A model generated the notes under the pieces. It did no database searches, had not been told where the DNA came from, and saw only the letters and a program-made list of their open reading frames with translations. The position numbers were made by a program, and so were the translations under genes. Shown here piece after piece: positions 48,925 through 57,210 of a stretch of DNA of 64,000 nucleotides (its first letter is position 1; each line of letters opens with the position of its first letter). The DNA comes from Candidatus Sumerlaeaceae bacterium (GTDB lineage Bacteria; Sumerlaeota; Sumerlaeia; Sumerlaeales; Sumerlaeaceae): positions 128,001 to 192,000 of the forward strand of contig JBPCLP010000047.1 in assembly GCA_051003195.1 (NCBI GenBank), given 5' to 3'.

Positions 48925-49257
48925 CTAAGTGCGCCTGATCAACACGCGCTTTATTCTCATGCAACCTGTAGTTTCTTCAGTAGTGAAAAACGCGTCCGTA
49001 TACTGAACATTGGCAATCATTAATAGTTCTCCGGGCCTTGGAATTACGGGCGAGAGCCTCAACTGCTCATCATTGGCAATCTTAATGCTGTTGCGGATTG
49101 ATTCAGGCAGAGCTTCCACACATGTACCTTCCACTATGTGTTTTGCCATCATTTCGTCAATGCTCAAAAAGGAGCGGACATAGTAAGTCCTAACAAACAC
49201 AGTTATTATGATGCCTAATAGGATCGCGCTTATTAGAAAAAGTAATCTGCGTTTCAT
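48925..49257 (-). CDS. Hypothetical low-GC protein with N-terminal membrane anchor
   Basis: MKRR followed by a hydrophobic helix; visibly AT-richer than the flanking genes. Confidence 0.5.
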   Translation of the reverse strand: MKRRLLFLISAILLGIIITVFVRTYYVRSFLSIDEMMAKHIVEGTCVEALPESIRNSIKIANDEQLRLSPVIPRPGELLMIANVQYTDAFFTTEETTGCMRIKRVLIRRT

Positions 49258-49331
49258 TTTACAGGCTTTTTTCTTTCGCCTTTATACTTGTTTGCGCAGC
49301 AGCTTTCGCACGAACGCTACGCGCGAATCCC

Positions 49332-49421
49332 GTGTGCCGAATCCGCAGTTCATTACCAGACCAAAGGGTAAACTACCCTCGATTCGGCACACCGAACTGA
49401 TTACGAACTAACCGTAGATCA
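49332..49421. repeat. Dispersed ~90-bp palindromic element, copy 2
   Basis: GTGTGCCGAATC...GATTCGGCACAC; matches 27916-28005. Confidence 0.85.
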
Positions 49422-49428
49422 GATCTGG

Positions 49429-50331
49429 TCAGTGAAACTGCTCCAGCTTCTTCGCGATATTCTCCAGCTGGTCAGCTGCTTCGTCCAGGTGCTTGCCCAG
49501 CGACTTGATGACTTCGTCTACCTGATCGAGGTCGCCGTTCAGCTCATTCTGCTGCTGCTTCACCGCGTCCTGGGCCTTTTGAACATCCTCCGCAATTTCG
49601 TGTCCTTCGCTTACCAGCTTGTCCACAACCTGCCGGGCTGTCTGAAGCGCCTCGCCAAATGCGGACTGCGCCTTGGCTGCTGTCTCCTGTAACAGCACGT
49701 CCAGCTTGTCCTGCACGGTATTGTCGATCGTATCGATCTCGTCGCCGAGCTTGCGCGTCTGATCCTCGATCTGCTGCTTCGCCTCTTCGAAAAATGTGTC
49801 CAGCTGATGCCCATGCTGCTCCAGCTCGCTCTGGTTGGTCTTCAGCTCATTGGTCACTTTATCAAAACCCTGCTGCGCCATGGCCATTTCCTGCGCCAGC
49901 TTATTTTCCACCTCTTCGGCCTTTGTATCGAGCTCGGCCAGGTCCTTTTCGGTGTCGTTCAGAACTTCGTCCATCTCGGCAGCGAGCTTCTTCGCTTCGT
50001 CGTGGAAGGATTGTACGTCCTGCTCGAGTTGCTCCATCTCGTCCTCAGCCTTTTTCTGCACCTGTTGGAGGCGGGATTCCAGCTCGTCGAGCATGGTGTC
50101 CAGTTCCTTGTGCGCCTCAGTGCGCGCTTCGCGCAGTGCCTCGATCTTGTGCTGCAGATCGGTATGCTTTTGATCGAGCTTGTCTGCTTCTTTCTCCATG
50201 TCAGCCGCTGCCTGGTCGGCGTCGTTCATCGTATCTTCGAACTTATCGTGGGCCTTCTTCAGCTTGACCGTGGTGGCCTCGAGCATAGTTTCCAGTTCAT
50301 TGCTCAGGTCTACGAGTGTCTCTTCAGCCAT
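49429..50331 (-). CDS. Acidic all-helical (apolipoprotein-like / hendecad coiled-coil) protein D, 300 aa
   Basis: SD-like GGAGAG; E/D/Q/K/L/A-rich with no Pro, no TM helix or signal peptide; 11-residue hydrophobic periodicity in the C-terminal half. Confidence 0.8.
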   Translation of the reverse strand: MAEETLVDLSNELETMLEATTVKLKKAHDKFEDTMNDADQAAADMEKEADKLDQKHTDLQHKIEALREARTEAHKELDTMLDELESRLQQVQKKAEDEMEQLEQDVQSFHDEAKKLAAEMDEVLNDTEKDLAELDTKAEEVENKLAQEMAMAQQGFDKVTNELKTNQSELEQHGHQLDTFFEEAKQQIEDQTRKLGDEIDTIDNTVQDKLDVLLQETAAKAQSAFGEALQTARQVVDKLVSEGHEIAEDVQKAQDAVKQQQNELNGDLDQVDEVIKSLGKHLDEAADQLENIAKKLEQFH

Positions 50332-50368
50332 GTTGTCTCTCCAGCTCTAATTCGGTTACGCCGCGCGC

Positions 50369-51220
50369 TCAGCGCCAGTCCACGTTCATTTTACCCACGG
50401 TTTCGCGTGCCGATTCCAGGCTGCGCTCCAGTGGCTTCACAACTTCATCCAGTTCCTTGATGGCCGGCTCCAGCTCGCGCGTCGCATTGTCGAGGTCCCT
50501 GGCAAGCTGGTATACTTTATCACCGAAATCCCGCATGGTCTCTTCGAGTTCGTCCGTCTCCTGGCGCAACTCCTTACGCATACCGTCATGCAGCTCTTTT
50601 TCCATCTCCGTAATAAACTCCTGCATCGGGTCCCCGACCGCCTCATCAAGCGCCTGCATAAGCCGTCCGCCGAGGTTGTCGGCCGATGCGGAAAGCGATG
50701 CCTCGATCTTTCCAATTTCTTCCCGCACGATCTGCTGGGCTTCCTGCAACTCGGCCTGTAGCAGAGCCACCCCTTTCTCAGCGTGTTCGACAACGTCGTC
50801 CGCCGCCTTCTTCAGGTCCTGCATCTCCTGCTGCGCCTCGTTGATCGATTGGGAAAGCGAGTGCTTGGTCTGTTCCATCTTTGTGTGCAGCGCGGCAACG
50901 CCTTGTTCCACTTGCGTCATCCCGTTGGCGATCGTCTGCTGCCCCTGGTCCAGCCGGGTCTTCATCGCCTCAAGTGTCTGGCATGTTTCGTGGATGGTCG
51001 TCTCGAGGCTCTGCTTTCGCGCGCGCGTCTGGTCGAACAGATTCTTCAGCGCCAGCGCCATGTCCTCGATGCGTTTCTGGAATTCGTCGCGCTGTTGTTT
51101 CTGCTCGGTTGCCAGCCCCTCGAAAAAGCCGGTGACTGTGTCCCAAAGAGCCTTCGCACCGCTTTCGACAGTGCTGATCACAGTACCTAGTATCTTATCC
51201 TGGTCGTCAGACATGACCAT
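50369..51220 (-). CDS. Acidic all-helical protein C, 283 aa, with N-terminal amphipathic segment
   Basis: GAGGAAGG SD; ILGTVISTVESGAKALWDTVTGFFEGLA, then a continuous helical repeat pattern. Confidence 0.8.
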   Translation of the reverse strand: MVMSDDQDKILGTVISTVESGAKALWDTVTGFFEGLATEQKQQRDEFQKRIEDMALALKNLFDQTRARKQSLETTIHETCQTLEAMKTRLDQGQQTIANGMTQVEQGVAALHTKMEQTKHSLSQSINEAQQEMQDLKKAADDVVEHAEKGVALLQAELQEAQQIVREEIGKIEASLSASADNLGGRLMQALDEAVGDPMQEFITEMEKELHDGMRKELRQETDELEETMRDFGDKVYQLARDLDNATRELEPAIKELDEVVKPLERSLESARETVGKMNVDWR

Positions 51221-51245
51221 CCTTCCTCATAATCCTGGTGTGTAA

Positions 51246-52235
51246 TTAATCGCCGTACGAGGCGGCAGCCTGCTGGAATTCCTTCAGCGCGTCCTGCGCA
51301 CCGCCCAGAAGTTCCATGCTCTTATTCATTTCCTTCGCGGCATCGACACCGTTGTTCAATGCGTCGATCATCTCATCAAGGCTCTGCTTCAGTTCGCCCA
51401 ACGGCTTTTTAATGTCGTCGTCGAGACCCTTTTCGATCTCTTCAAGTTCTGTCTCTTCGAAAAGGTCGGCCAGTTCTTTCATGGATGTATTGGTAAGCTG
51501 CGTCAGGCCATCCAGGAAGGCGTCACCATTCTTTTCAAATTCTTCGAAAGAGTTGTCAAAGCTCTTGGAGCATTTCTCCAGAGCGCCCTCGATCTGCTCT
51601 TCGTATTTGTCGTCGAGGCCATCTTCGTATTGCTTCAGTGCGTCTTTGGCTTTGTCGGCCAGTTCCTCTTCCAGCTTGTCGGCGAGCTTATCGAGAAGAT
51701 CAGTCACTTCCTGGTGCAGGGTACTCGTCTCTTTGGTTTCGTTGTCGAGATGCTGGTCCAGTTCGTCGAACTCGGTCTCAGTTTGCTGGCGCAGCTGTTT
51801 GCCTTTGTTGATCATCTCCTGCACAGAGGCCAGGAATTTCGTGCGCTCCTGCTCCAGCTCATCGGCTTCCTCGTTAAGGTCCTGGTCGCCCGCATCCACA
51901 GCTTTATCGAATTCCTGCTGCAGCTCTTCTATTTCGCGGTGCAGATTCTCAGCGCGATCCCTGGCTTCCTCAATGACGTGCCGCGTCTCATCAACGACAG
52001 ACGATATCTCGCTGCGGGTCGTGGCGAGGGCGGTTTGCTGGTCCTCCAGCGTCTGGTCGAAATCGTCATAATCCGACTCGAGTTTTTCGCGCGCTTCTTC
52101 GCGCTCCTCGATCTCTTTATCGAGGTACTCCATGTTGGCGTAGATCGCTTCGTCCGCTTCTTTCAGATCGTGGAGCAGCTTCTCAAACTTGTCCATGATC
52201 TGGTCGTAATACGCCCAGCACTTTTCGATGCTCAT
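51246..52235 (-). CDS. Acidic all-helical protein B, 329 aa
   Basis: AGAGG SD; very Glu/Asp-rich continuous amphipathic helix pattern. Confidence 0.8.
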   Translation of the reverse strand: MSIEKCWAYYDQIMDKFEKLLHDLKEADEAIYANMEYLDKEIEEREEAREKLESDYDDFDQTLEDQQTALATTRSEISSVVDETRHVIEEARDRAENLHREIEELQQEFDKAVDAGDQDLNEEADELEQERTKFLASVQEMINKGKQLRQQTETEFDELDQHLDNETKETSTLHQEVTDLLDKLADKLEEELADKAKDALKQYEDGLDDKYEEQIEGALEKCSKSFDNSFEEFEKNGDAFLDGLTQLTNTSMKELADLFEETELEEIEKGLDDDIKKPLGELKQSLDEMIDALNNGVDAAKEMNKSMELLGGAQDALKEFQQAAASYGD

Positions 52236-52347
52236 CGTGAGGTCCTCTGCCCGTCCTGATGTGTTGTTCGACTATATGAAAGTGATTGGCTACTGCATGT
52301 AAGAGTTAGCGTACTGCAAAAACCTGTGTTTCGGATACTCCAACAAA

Positions 52348-53271
52348 TCAGTCCAGCAGGCCCTCGATCGCTTCGAGGTCTGCTTTCCTGAGTTCTTTCA
52401 AGAAATCTCCGAGGTCCTCGCTGCCGCGAGCGACGTCGCCGTGCAGTTGCTCGATGTCGTTCACGGGACCGCCGGATGTCACCATTTCCCGAACTTCCTC
52501 CGCCTTCTTCTCGACCTTCTTGATCGCGTCGGTCACGTCCTGCGCTGCTTCGGGCAGCTCGTCTTTCGCATATTCGTTAAACCGCTTGATCAGGTCGTTG
52601 AGCGCTTCGTCGACGGACTCTTTCAGATTAGTGAGCGCCACATCCAGTTCCTTATGCAGCTTGTTGTTCGCATCCTCGATCTCGTCGAGCACGCCTTTGA
52701 CCCCGTCCTTGATATCGTCGTGCATTTCACCGGACGATTTCATGAGGTCCTGCTGCTTGTCCTCGATCTCCTTCAGCGTATCGTCTACGGCCTTGTGCAG
52801 GTCGTCGATTTTCTCGTCGGACTCGGTTAGGTGTTTGCCCATCTCGGTCACATACTCGTCCGAAAGAGTCTGGAGTTGCTCGAGCTGGTCGCGCAGTTCG
52901 TGCAGGTGGCCCGGTATATCGTGCAATTTGCCTTCCAGCGTTTTTCGAAAACGCGCGACACCTGCGACGATGTCGTTCTCGACTTCGTCCAGCTGGTCGT
53001 CGACCTTCTGGATGGCTGCTTTCGCTTCCTCGGTCCGGTCGTGCAACTCTTCCATCTCGTGGTCGAGGTACTGGTCCATTTCGTCGATGTCCTGGTGCAA
53101 ATCCTCGAGCCGGTTCTCGATTTTCGCACGCCCGTCGTCGACCACCTGGTCAAGATCGACGTTGTGCCTCTTGAAATCTTCCGCGGTCTCGTCGAGCTCT
53201 TCGGTATGCTTCCGGACCTCAAGCGCGAGCTCAATCCCCGCTTCGATCATCTCGCCTAGTGAACTAGACAT
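52348..53271 (-). CDS. Acidic all-helical protein A, about 307 aa (start uncertain; alternative ATG 53250)
   Basis: Same composition and periodicity as the three downstream genes; His/Asp-rich. Confidence 0.78.
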   Translation of the reverse strand: MSSSLGEMIEAGIELALEVRKHTEELDETAEDFKRHNVDLDQVVDDGRAKIENRLEDLHQDIDEMDQYLDHEMEELHDRTEEAKAAIQKVDDQLDEVENDIVAGVARFRKTLEGKLHDIPGHLHELRDQLEQLQTLSDEYVTEMGKHLTESDEKIDDLHKAVDDTLKEIEDKQQDLMKSSGEMHDDIKDGVKGVLDEIEDANNKLHKELDVALTNLKESVDEALNDLIKRFNEYAKDELPEAAQDVTDAIKKVEKKAEEVREMVTSGGPVNDIEQLHGDVARGSEDLGDFLKELRKADLEAIEGLLD

Positions 53272-54022
53272 GTAAAGTCGCTGAAGGCGCTGAAGTCTTG
53301 GCCAAACGACGGTGAGCGGTTACAGTTTTGGTCGAATCGGTTGTCGTTAGTAGCTTGCGAAGTAAGTGTAAAAAACTGCCTGCATCCGGTGTTTTAACTT
53401 CACGTGGACTTGTCTGATCTTTTAAGTATGCTGGCCTCGCTGGGGTTATTGCCGGTACGCACTCACCTGCGGACTCCTTGAATCCTGCTTGGAATTCAAG
53501 CTTGTCGCTCTTGTTAAGTCTATTAAAGCTAGGATGCAATTGCTGCGCATTCCATGCATCCTTGTGGGTGCAATGATTTTTGTTACTCCAATAAGGATCA
53601 AAGCGCAATGCATCATTTCCAGTACGCAGAACTTCTTTTTGAAGAGGTTTGAACTGCTCTACGTGTTTGTATTCGTGCACTAATACATTCTGCAAGAACG
53701 CTACTCGCTCTTCTGGAGACCGCTGATATCCTGTTCGCAAGGCATCGGGTCCTACGTAAATTGTGATGTCACAACTACGTTTCGGTTGCCCAAAGCTTTT
53801 GTACTCTCTGAGAGGCCCCACACCTGTCACAGCATACGGGAATTCATCGTCTGTCAGTTTTTCTCGTCTTACAAAATCGCGTCCCTTTAGGTACGGATCA
53901 TAAATCACTTTTACTCCGTCGGTTGCAAGTCCAGAAAGCTCTACCGGACGCTTTGCTGTTTCTAGTGCTGAGATTAAGTTCATGTCAATTTGTTCAACAC
54001 TGTTATACTTTCTCAGGTCCAT
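53264..54022 (-). CDS. Low-GC hypothetical protein with HExxH zincin-like motif
   Basis: NVLVHEYKHVEQF; GAGG SD; AT-richer than its neighbours. Confidence 0.55.
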   Translation of the reverse strand: MDLRKYNSVEQIDMNLISALETAKRPVELSGLATDGVKVIYDPYLKGRDFVRREKLTDDEFPYAVTGVGPLREYKSFGQPKRSCDITIYVGPDALRTGYQRSPEERVAFLQNVLVHEYKHVEQFKPLQKEVLRTGNDALRFDPYWSNKNHCTHKDAWNAQQLHPSFNRLNKSDKLEFQAGFKESAGECVPAITPARPAYLKDQTSPREVKTPDAGSFLHLLRKLLTTTDSTKTVTAHRRLAKTSAPSATLHV

Positions 54023-54133
54023 AGCAGTTCCTCGCTTTAAGTATCTCTAGCGCCACATTGTACCTTCTTTACCGCCCAGCCAAGAAGGCAACAATTCTCA
54101 ATACACGCAAAAAGCCACAGGCCGCAGTATACT

Positions 54134-54340
54134 TCAGTTCTGAAACGACGCGACCATCGCCCGTTTCCTGACGCCGCTCGCCGATGGGTCGTCGTCCACA
54201 ACCTGGCAGTCCGCGGTGCGCCACCGGCGCTCCGCGCCGTTCGTGTCGACTCCGTAAATCTGCCCGTCGGGCCAGATGTTTTCCACACGGATTACGGCAC
54301 GCAGCCGCGTGTGCATTGCTACATCGCCAGGTTTAAACAT
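54134..54340 (-). CDS. Small hypothetical protein (68 aa), possible SH3/KOW-like beta-barrel
   Basis: MFKPGDVAMH..VIRVENI..GQIYGV pattern; purine-rich SD-like sequence upstream. Confidence 0.45.
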   Translation of the reverse strand: MFKPGDVAMHTRLRAVIRVENIWPDGQIYGVDTNGAERRWRTADCQVVDDDPSASGVRKRAMVASFQN

Positions 54341-54497
54341 GTCGTCCCTGCCTTCACTGATGGATATGGTGCACAAAGCTGTCTTCGCTTACTGCCCTGG
54401 TATCCCGATGTCGGATTGGATGAATCCGTCAGGATTGCTGGATCAGTAAACCTTTCAGTCGAGCAGCCGTGGGATAGAAATGCAATGCCTTTCTGCA

Positions 54498-54914
54498 CCC
54501 CGGTGTGCCGTCCCAGAGATTCGTTATATATTTCGGTTTGCGGCGCCCCTTCAGGGCGCGAAAAATGGGGTGCTGTAACCCAGGGCCGCGGATTCCAAAA
54601 AGCCGTAATCCTTACCCTGGGCTGTGTCCCGCTGCACCTTCGGTGCAAAAAACCTGAACTGAATTGTGCCGCATATTTTCGGTTTGCGGCGCCCCTTCAG
54701 GGCGCGAAAGATGGGGTGCTGTAACCCAGGGCCGCGGATTCCAAAAAGCCGTAATCCTTACCCTGGGCTTTGTCCCGCTGCACCTTCGGTGCAAAAAACC
54801 TGAGGGCTGCGGATTCCAAAGCCGGAATCCTTACCCTGGGCTTTGTCCCGCTGCACCTTCGGTGCAAAAAACCTGAGGGCTGCGGATTCCAAAAAGCCGG
54901 AATCCTGGAATTAG
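54498..54914. repeat. REP/REPIN-like composite palindromic element, tandemly expanded
   Basis: ~127-bp unit at 54531-54657 and 54677-54803, plus a 73-bp subunit at 54804-54876 and a partial one. Internal palindromes CCCAGGG/CCCTGGG, GGATTCC..GGAATCC, TGCACC-TTC-GGTGCA. Confidence 0.9.
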
Positions 54915-54915
54915 A

Positions 54916-56670
54916 TTAACCCGCCGATTCGAGTTCTGTCAGCACGCGCAGCAGATCGTCCATCTTGTCTTCCATCGCGTTGCGGTCGTCACCCTCTATC
55001 AGGCGCTTCAATTCCGCTGCCTGGTTTTTAACTTCCCTGCTCAGCGGATGCCCGCCGCGGCTGCCCGCCATGCTCTCTGCGCGACCTACGAGATTGCGCG
55101 CCTCATCCACCACGCTCTCCTGAATGCGGCTGCGCAGCATGCCGGTAACGCGTTCCTTCGCATCCTTCACCATCCGCTGCTTCTCGGCATCCGATAGCCG
55201 CGTATCCGTCGCTGCGATGGTGATCTTTTTCTCCACGCCAGTGGCGAGGTCCTCCGCGCGGCATTCAAGGATTCGGTCCGTCGTCAGTTTAAACGTCACT
55301 TCCACGCGTGGCACGCCGCGCGGCGCCGGGGTAATGCCCTCAATGCGCAGCAGGTCGAGGAAGGTATTCTCGCTGGCCGTCAATTCCTCTCCCTCGTAAA
55401 TCGGGAAGCTGATCGCCTCCTGGAAATCGCGGGTTGTCGTGAAGATATCCTTCGCCTCGGTCGGGTACGTAGAATTGCGCTCAATAATAGGTGCGAACTG
55501 GTCGCTCTGCAAGCCGACACCCAGCGAGAACGGCGTCATGTGAATGATGACCGGCTTCTCTTTACCATAGCGTGCGGCCAGCGTATCCTGGATATCACCT
55601 TCCAGCGGCGCGAGCACCAGGCTCTGCACTGCTGCGCCCATCGCCACCACTTCTTCCGGTGAGATATCGCGGTTGGGTTGCTTGTTCACCTTGTCGCGCA
55701 CCACCTTCTGCACCAGTGGAATGCGCGTCGAACCGCCTACGAGCAGAACCGTATCGATCTTATCCGCCGTCAGATTTGCATCAGAGATCGCCTTCAATAG
55801 CGGCTCTACCGTGCGCTGCACGATGTCAGTAATCAATTCGTCAAACTTTACGCGAGTAAGCGTGGTGTCCAGCGTCAGCGGGCCCTTGTCCGTCATGGTC
55901 ACCGCTTCAACAAGGATGTGAGTTTCCTTCACTTCGCTCAGCTCGATCTTCGCCTCTTCGGCGGCTTCTTTCAAGCGCTGCATGGCAATCGGATCTTCCT
56001 TCAGGTCGATCCCGTGCTGTGTCTTAAATTCCTCCAACAGCCATTCCATGATGCGTTTATCAATATCGTCGCCGCCGAGGTGTGTGTCGCCCTGGATCGC
56101 AAGCACCTGGAACACGCCGGAAATAACCTCGATAATCGAGACGTCAAACGTTCCGCCGCCGAAGTCGTAAACGAGAAGCACCTGGTCCTTATTTTTATCC
56201 AGACCATACGCCAGCGCGGCGGCCGTCGGCTCATCGATGATGCGCCGCACCTTCAGGCCCGCAATTTCGCCGGCGTCCTTCGTTGCCTGCCGCTGTGCAT
56301 CCGTGAAGTATGCCGGCACCGTGATAACCGCCTGCACCAGCTCCTCGCCAAAGTAGTCCTCGGCATCCGTTCTCAGCTTTTGCAGAATTATCGCGGATAT
56401 TTCCTGCGGCGTGTATTGCTTCCCTTCGATGTTCACACGGTGCTGCGTCCCCATGTGACGTTTAATCGAGAAGATCGTGCGACCCACGTTCATCACGGCG
56501 CCACGCTTTGCCTTTTTACCGACCAGGATCTCGCCACTCTTGGTGAAACCGACGACCGATGGTGTCAGGCGCTCGCCCAGGCTGTTCGGCACGATCATTG
56601 GGCCGTTCTTTTCGAAAACGGCCACCACGGAGTTAGTGGTTCCAAGGTCAATGCCCATAATTCGGCTCAT
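54916..56670 (-). CDS. Hsp70/DnaK paralogue (short form with divergent linker and substrate-binding domain)
   Basis: GIDLGTTNS, TVPAYF, DEPTAAA, DFGGGTFDVS, LVGGSTRIP, PAPRGVP. Confidence 0.93.
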   Translation of the reverse strand: MSRIMGIDLGTTNSVVAVFEKNGPMIVPNSLGERLTPSVVGFTKSGEILVGKKAKRGAVMNVGRTIFSIKRHMGTQHRVNIEGKQYTPQEISAIILQKLRTDAEDYFGEELVQAVITVPAYFTDAQRQATKDAGEIAGLKVRRIIDEPTAAALAYGLDKNKDQVLLVYDFGGGTFDVSIIEVISGVFQVLAIQGDTHLGGDDIDKRIMEWLLEEFKTQHGIDLKEDPIAMQRLKEAAEEAKIELSEVKETHILVEAVTMTDKGPLTLDTTLTRVKFDELITDIVQRTVEPLLKAISDANLTADKIDTVLLVGGSTRIPLVQKVVRDKVNKQPNRDISPEEVVAMGAAVQSLVLAPLEGDIQDTLAARYGKEKPVIIHMTPFSLGVGLQSDQFAPIIERNSTYPTEAKDIFTTTRDFQEAISFPIYEGEELTASENTFLDLLRIEGITPAPRGVPRVEVTFKLTTDRILECRAEDLATGVEKKITIAATDTRLSDAEKQRMVKDAKERVTGMLRSRIQESVVDEARNLVGRAESMAGSRGGHPLSREVKNQAAELKRLIEGDDRNAMEDKMDDLLRVLTELESAG

Positions 56671-56679
56671 GCGAAGCTG

Positions 56680-57210
56680 TTATCTCCTCTCGTTGTATGC
56701 TACGACGACTTTTGCATCCCGCAGAAGTTTGCCCCGGAACACATACCCTTTTTGTCTTTCGCTGATCACCGTTTCATTTTCGTGATCGTCAGACGGCCTG
56801 TATTCCACCACCTCGTGCAAGTTCAGATCAACTTTGGATCCTACAGACTTCAACTGGTAGAGCCCATACGTTTCAAGCAGGCTGAGCAGCCGAAAGTATA
56901 TGCTCTCAACACTCTTTAGCCAGTTGTCAATGGCTTCGCTCTGCGGATAACTGCGGGCCAGGTGAAGCACCCGATCGAAGCTGTCCAGTGTCGGCAGCAG
57001 ACCGCGGATGAGCTTCTCCAAATCGGCAGGCGAAGCGCTCCGCTGCTGCAGCTCACGGTTGAGATTCTGGAGCTGCTCATTCTCCATGAGAATTTTTGTG
57101 GTCAACTGAACCAGGTCCGACGAATCCTCATCCGGCGAAAGGAACACCGGCAAGGGCTGCTCGTCGATGACGAATTCGTCAGCCAGCAGATGGCGCAGTA
57201 GTGTTCTCAT
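56680..57210 (-). CDS. grpE: Nucleotide exchange factor GrpE-like
   Basis: Start at ATG 57210 (ATGA overlap with the upstream stop); LLPTLDSFDR, DLNLHEVV, QKGYVFRGKLLRDAKVVV. Confidence 0.85.
   Translation of the reverse strand: MRTLLRHLLADEFVIDEQPLPVFLSPDEDSSDLVQLTTKILMENEQLQNLNRELQQRSASPADLEKLIRGLLPTLDSFDRVLHLARSYPQSEAIDNWLKSVESIYFRLLSLLETYGLYQLKSVGSKVDLNLHEVVEYRPSDDHENETVISERQKGYVFRGKLLRDAKVVVAYNERR

Noticed and set aside
49429..53271. Calling the quartet SMC, methyl-accepting chemotaxis, WXG100, PspA/ESCRT-III, gas-vesicle or tape-measure proteins
   Set aside because: There are no Walker motifs, no MCP hairpin-tip signature, no central WxG in a 100-aa unit, and no gvpA or phage genes nearby. 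Lengths and charge do not fit, so no named family can be supported by eye.
49659..53275. Long plus-strand ORFs antisense to the helical genes (Ser/Leu/Phe-rich)
   Set aside because: These are shadow ORFs produced by the biased Glu/Asp/Lys codons on the coding strand.
54311..54876. Short ORFs across the repeat array (e.g. 54319-54648, 54612-54794)
   Set aside because: They are translations of the palindromic repeats, with no SD or protein-like features.
54531..54914. Possible CRISPR array
   Set aside because: Units are 73-146 bp and near-identical throughout, with no unique spacers and no cas genes. It fits a REP-like tandem expansion.
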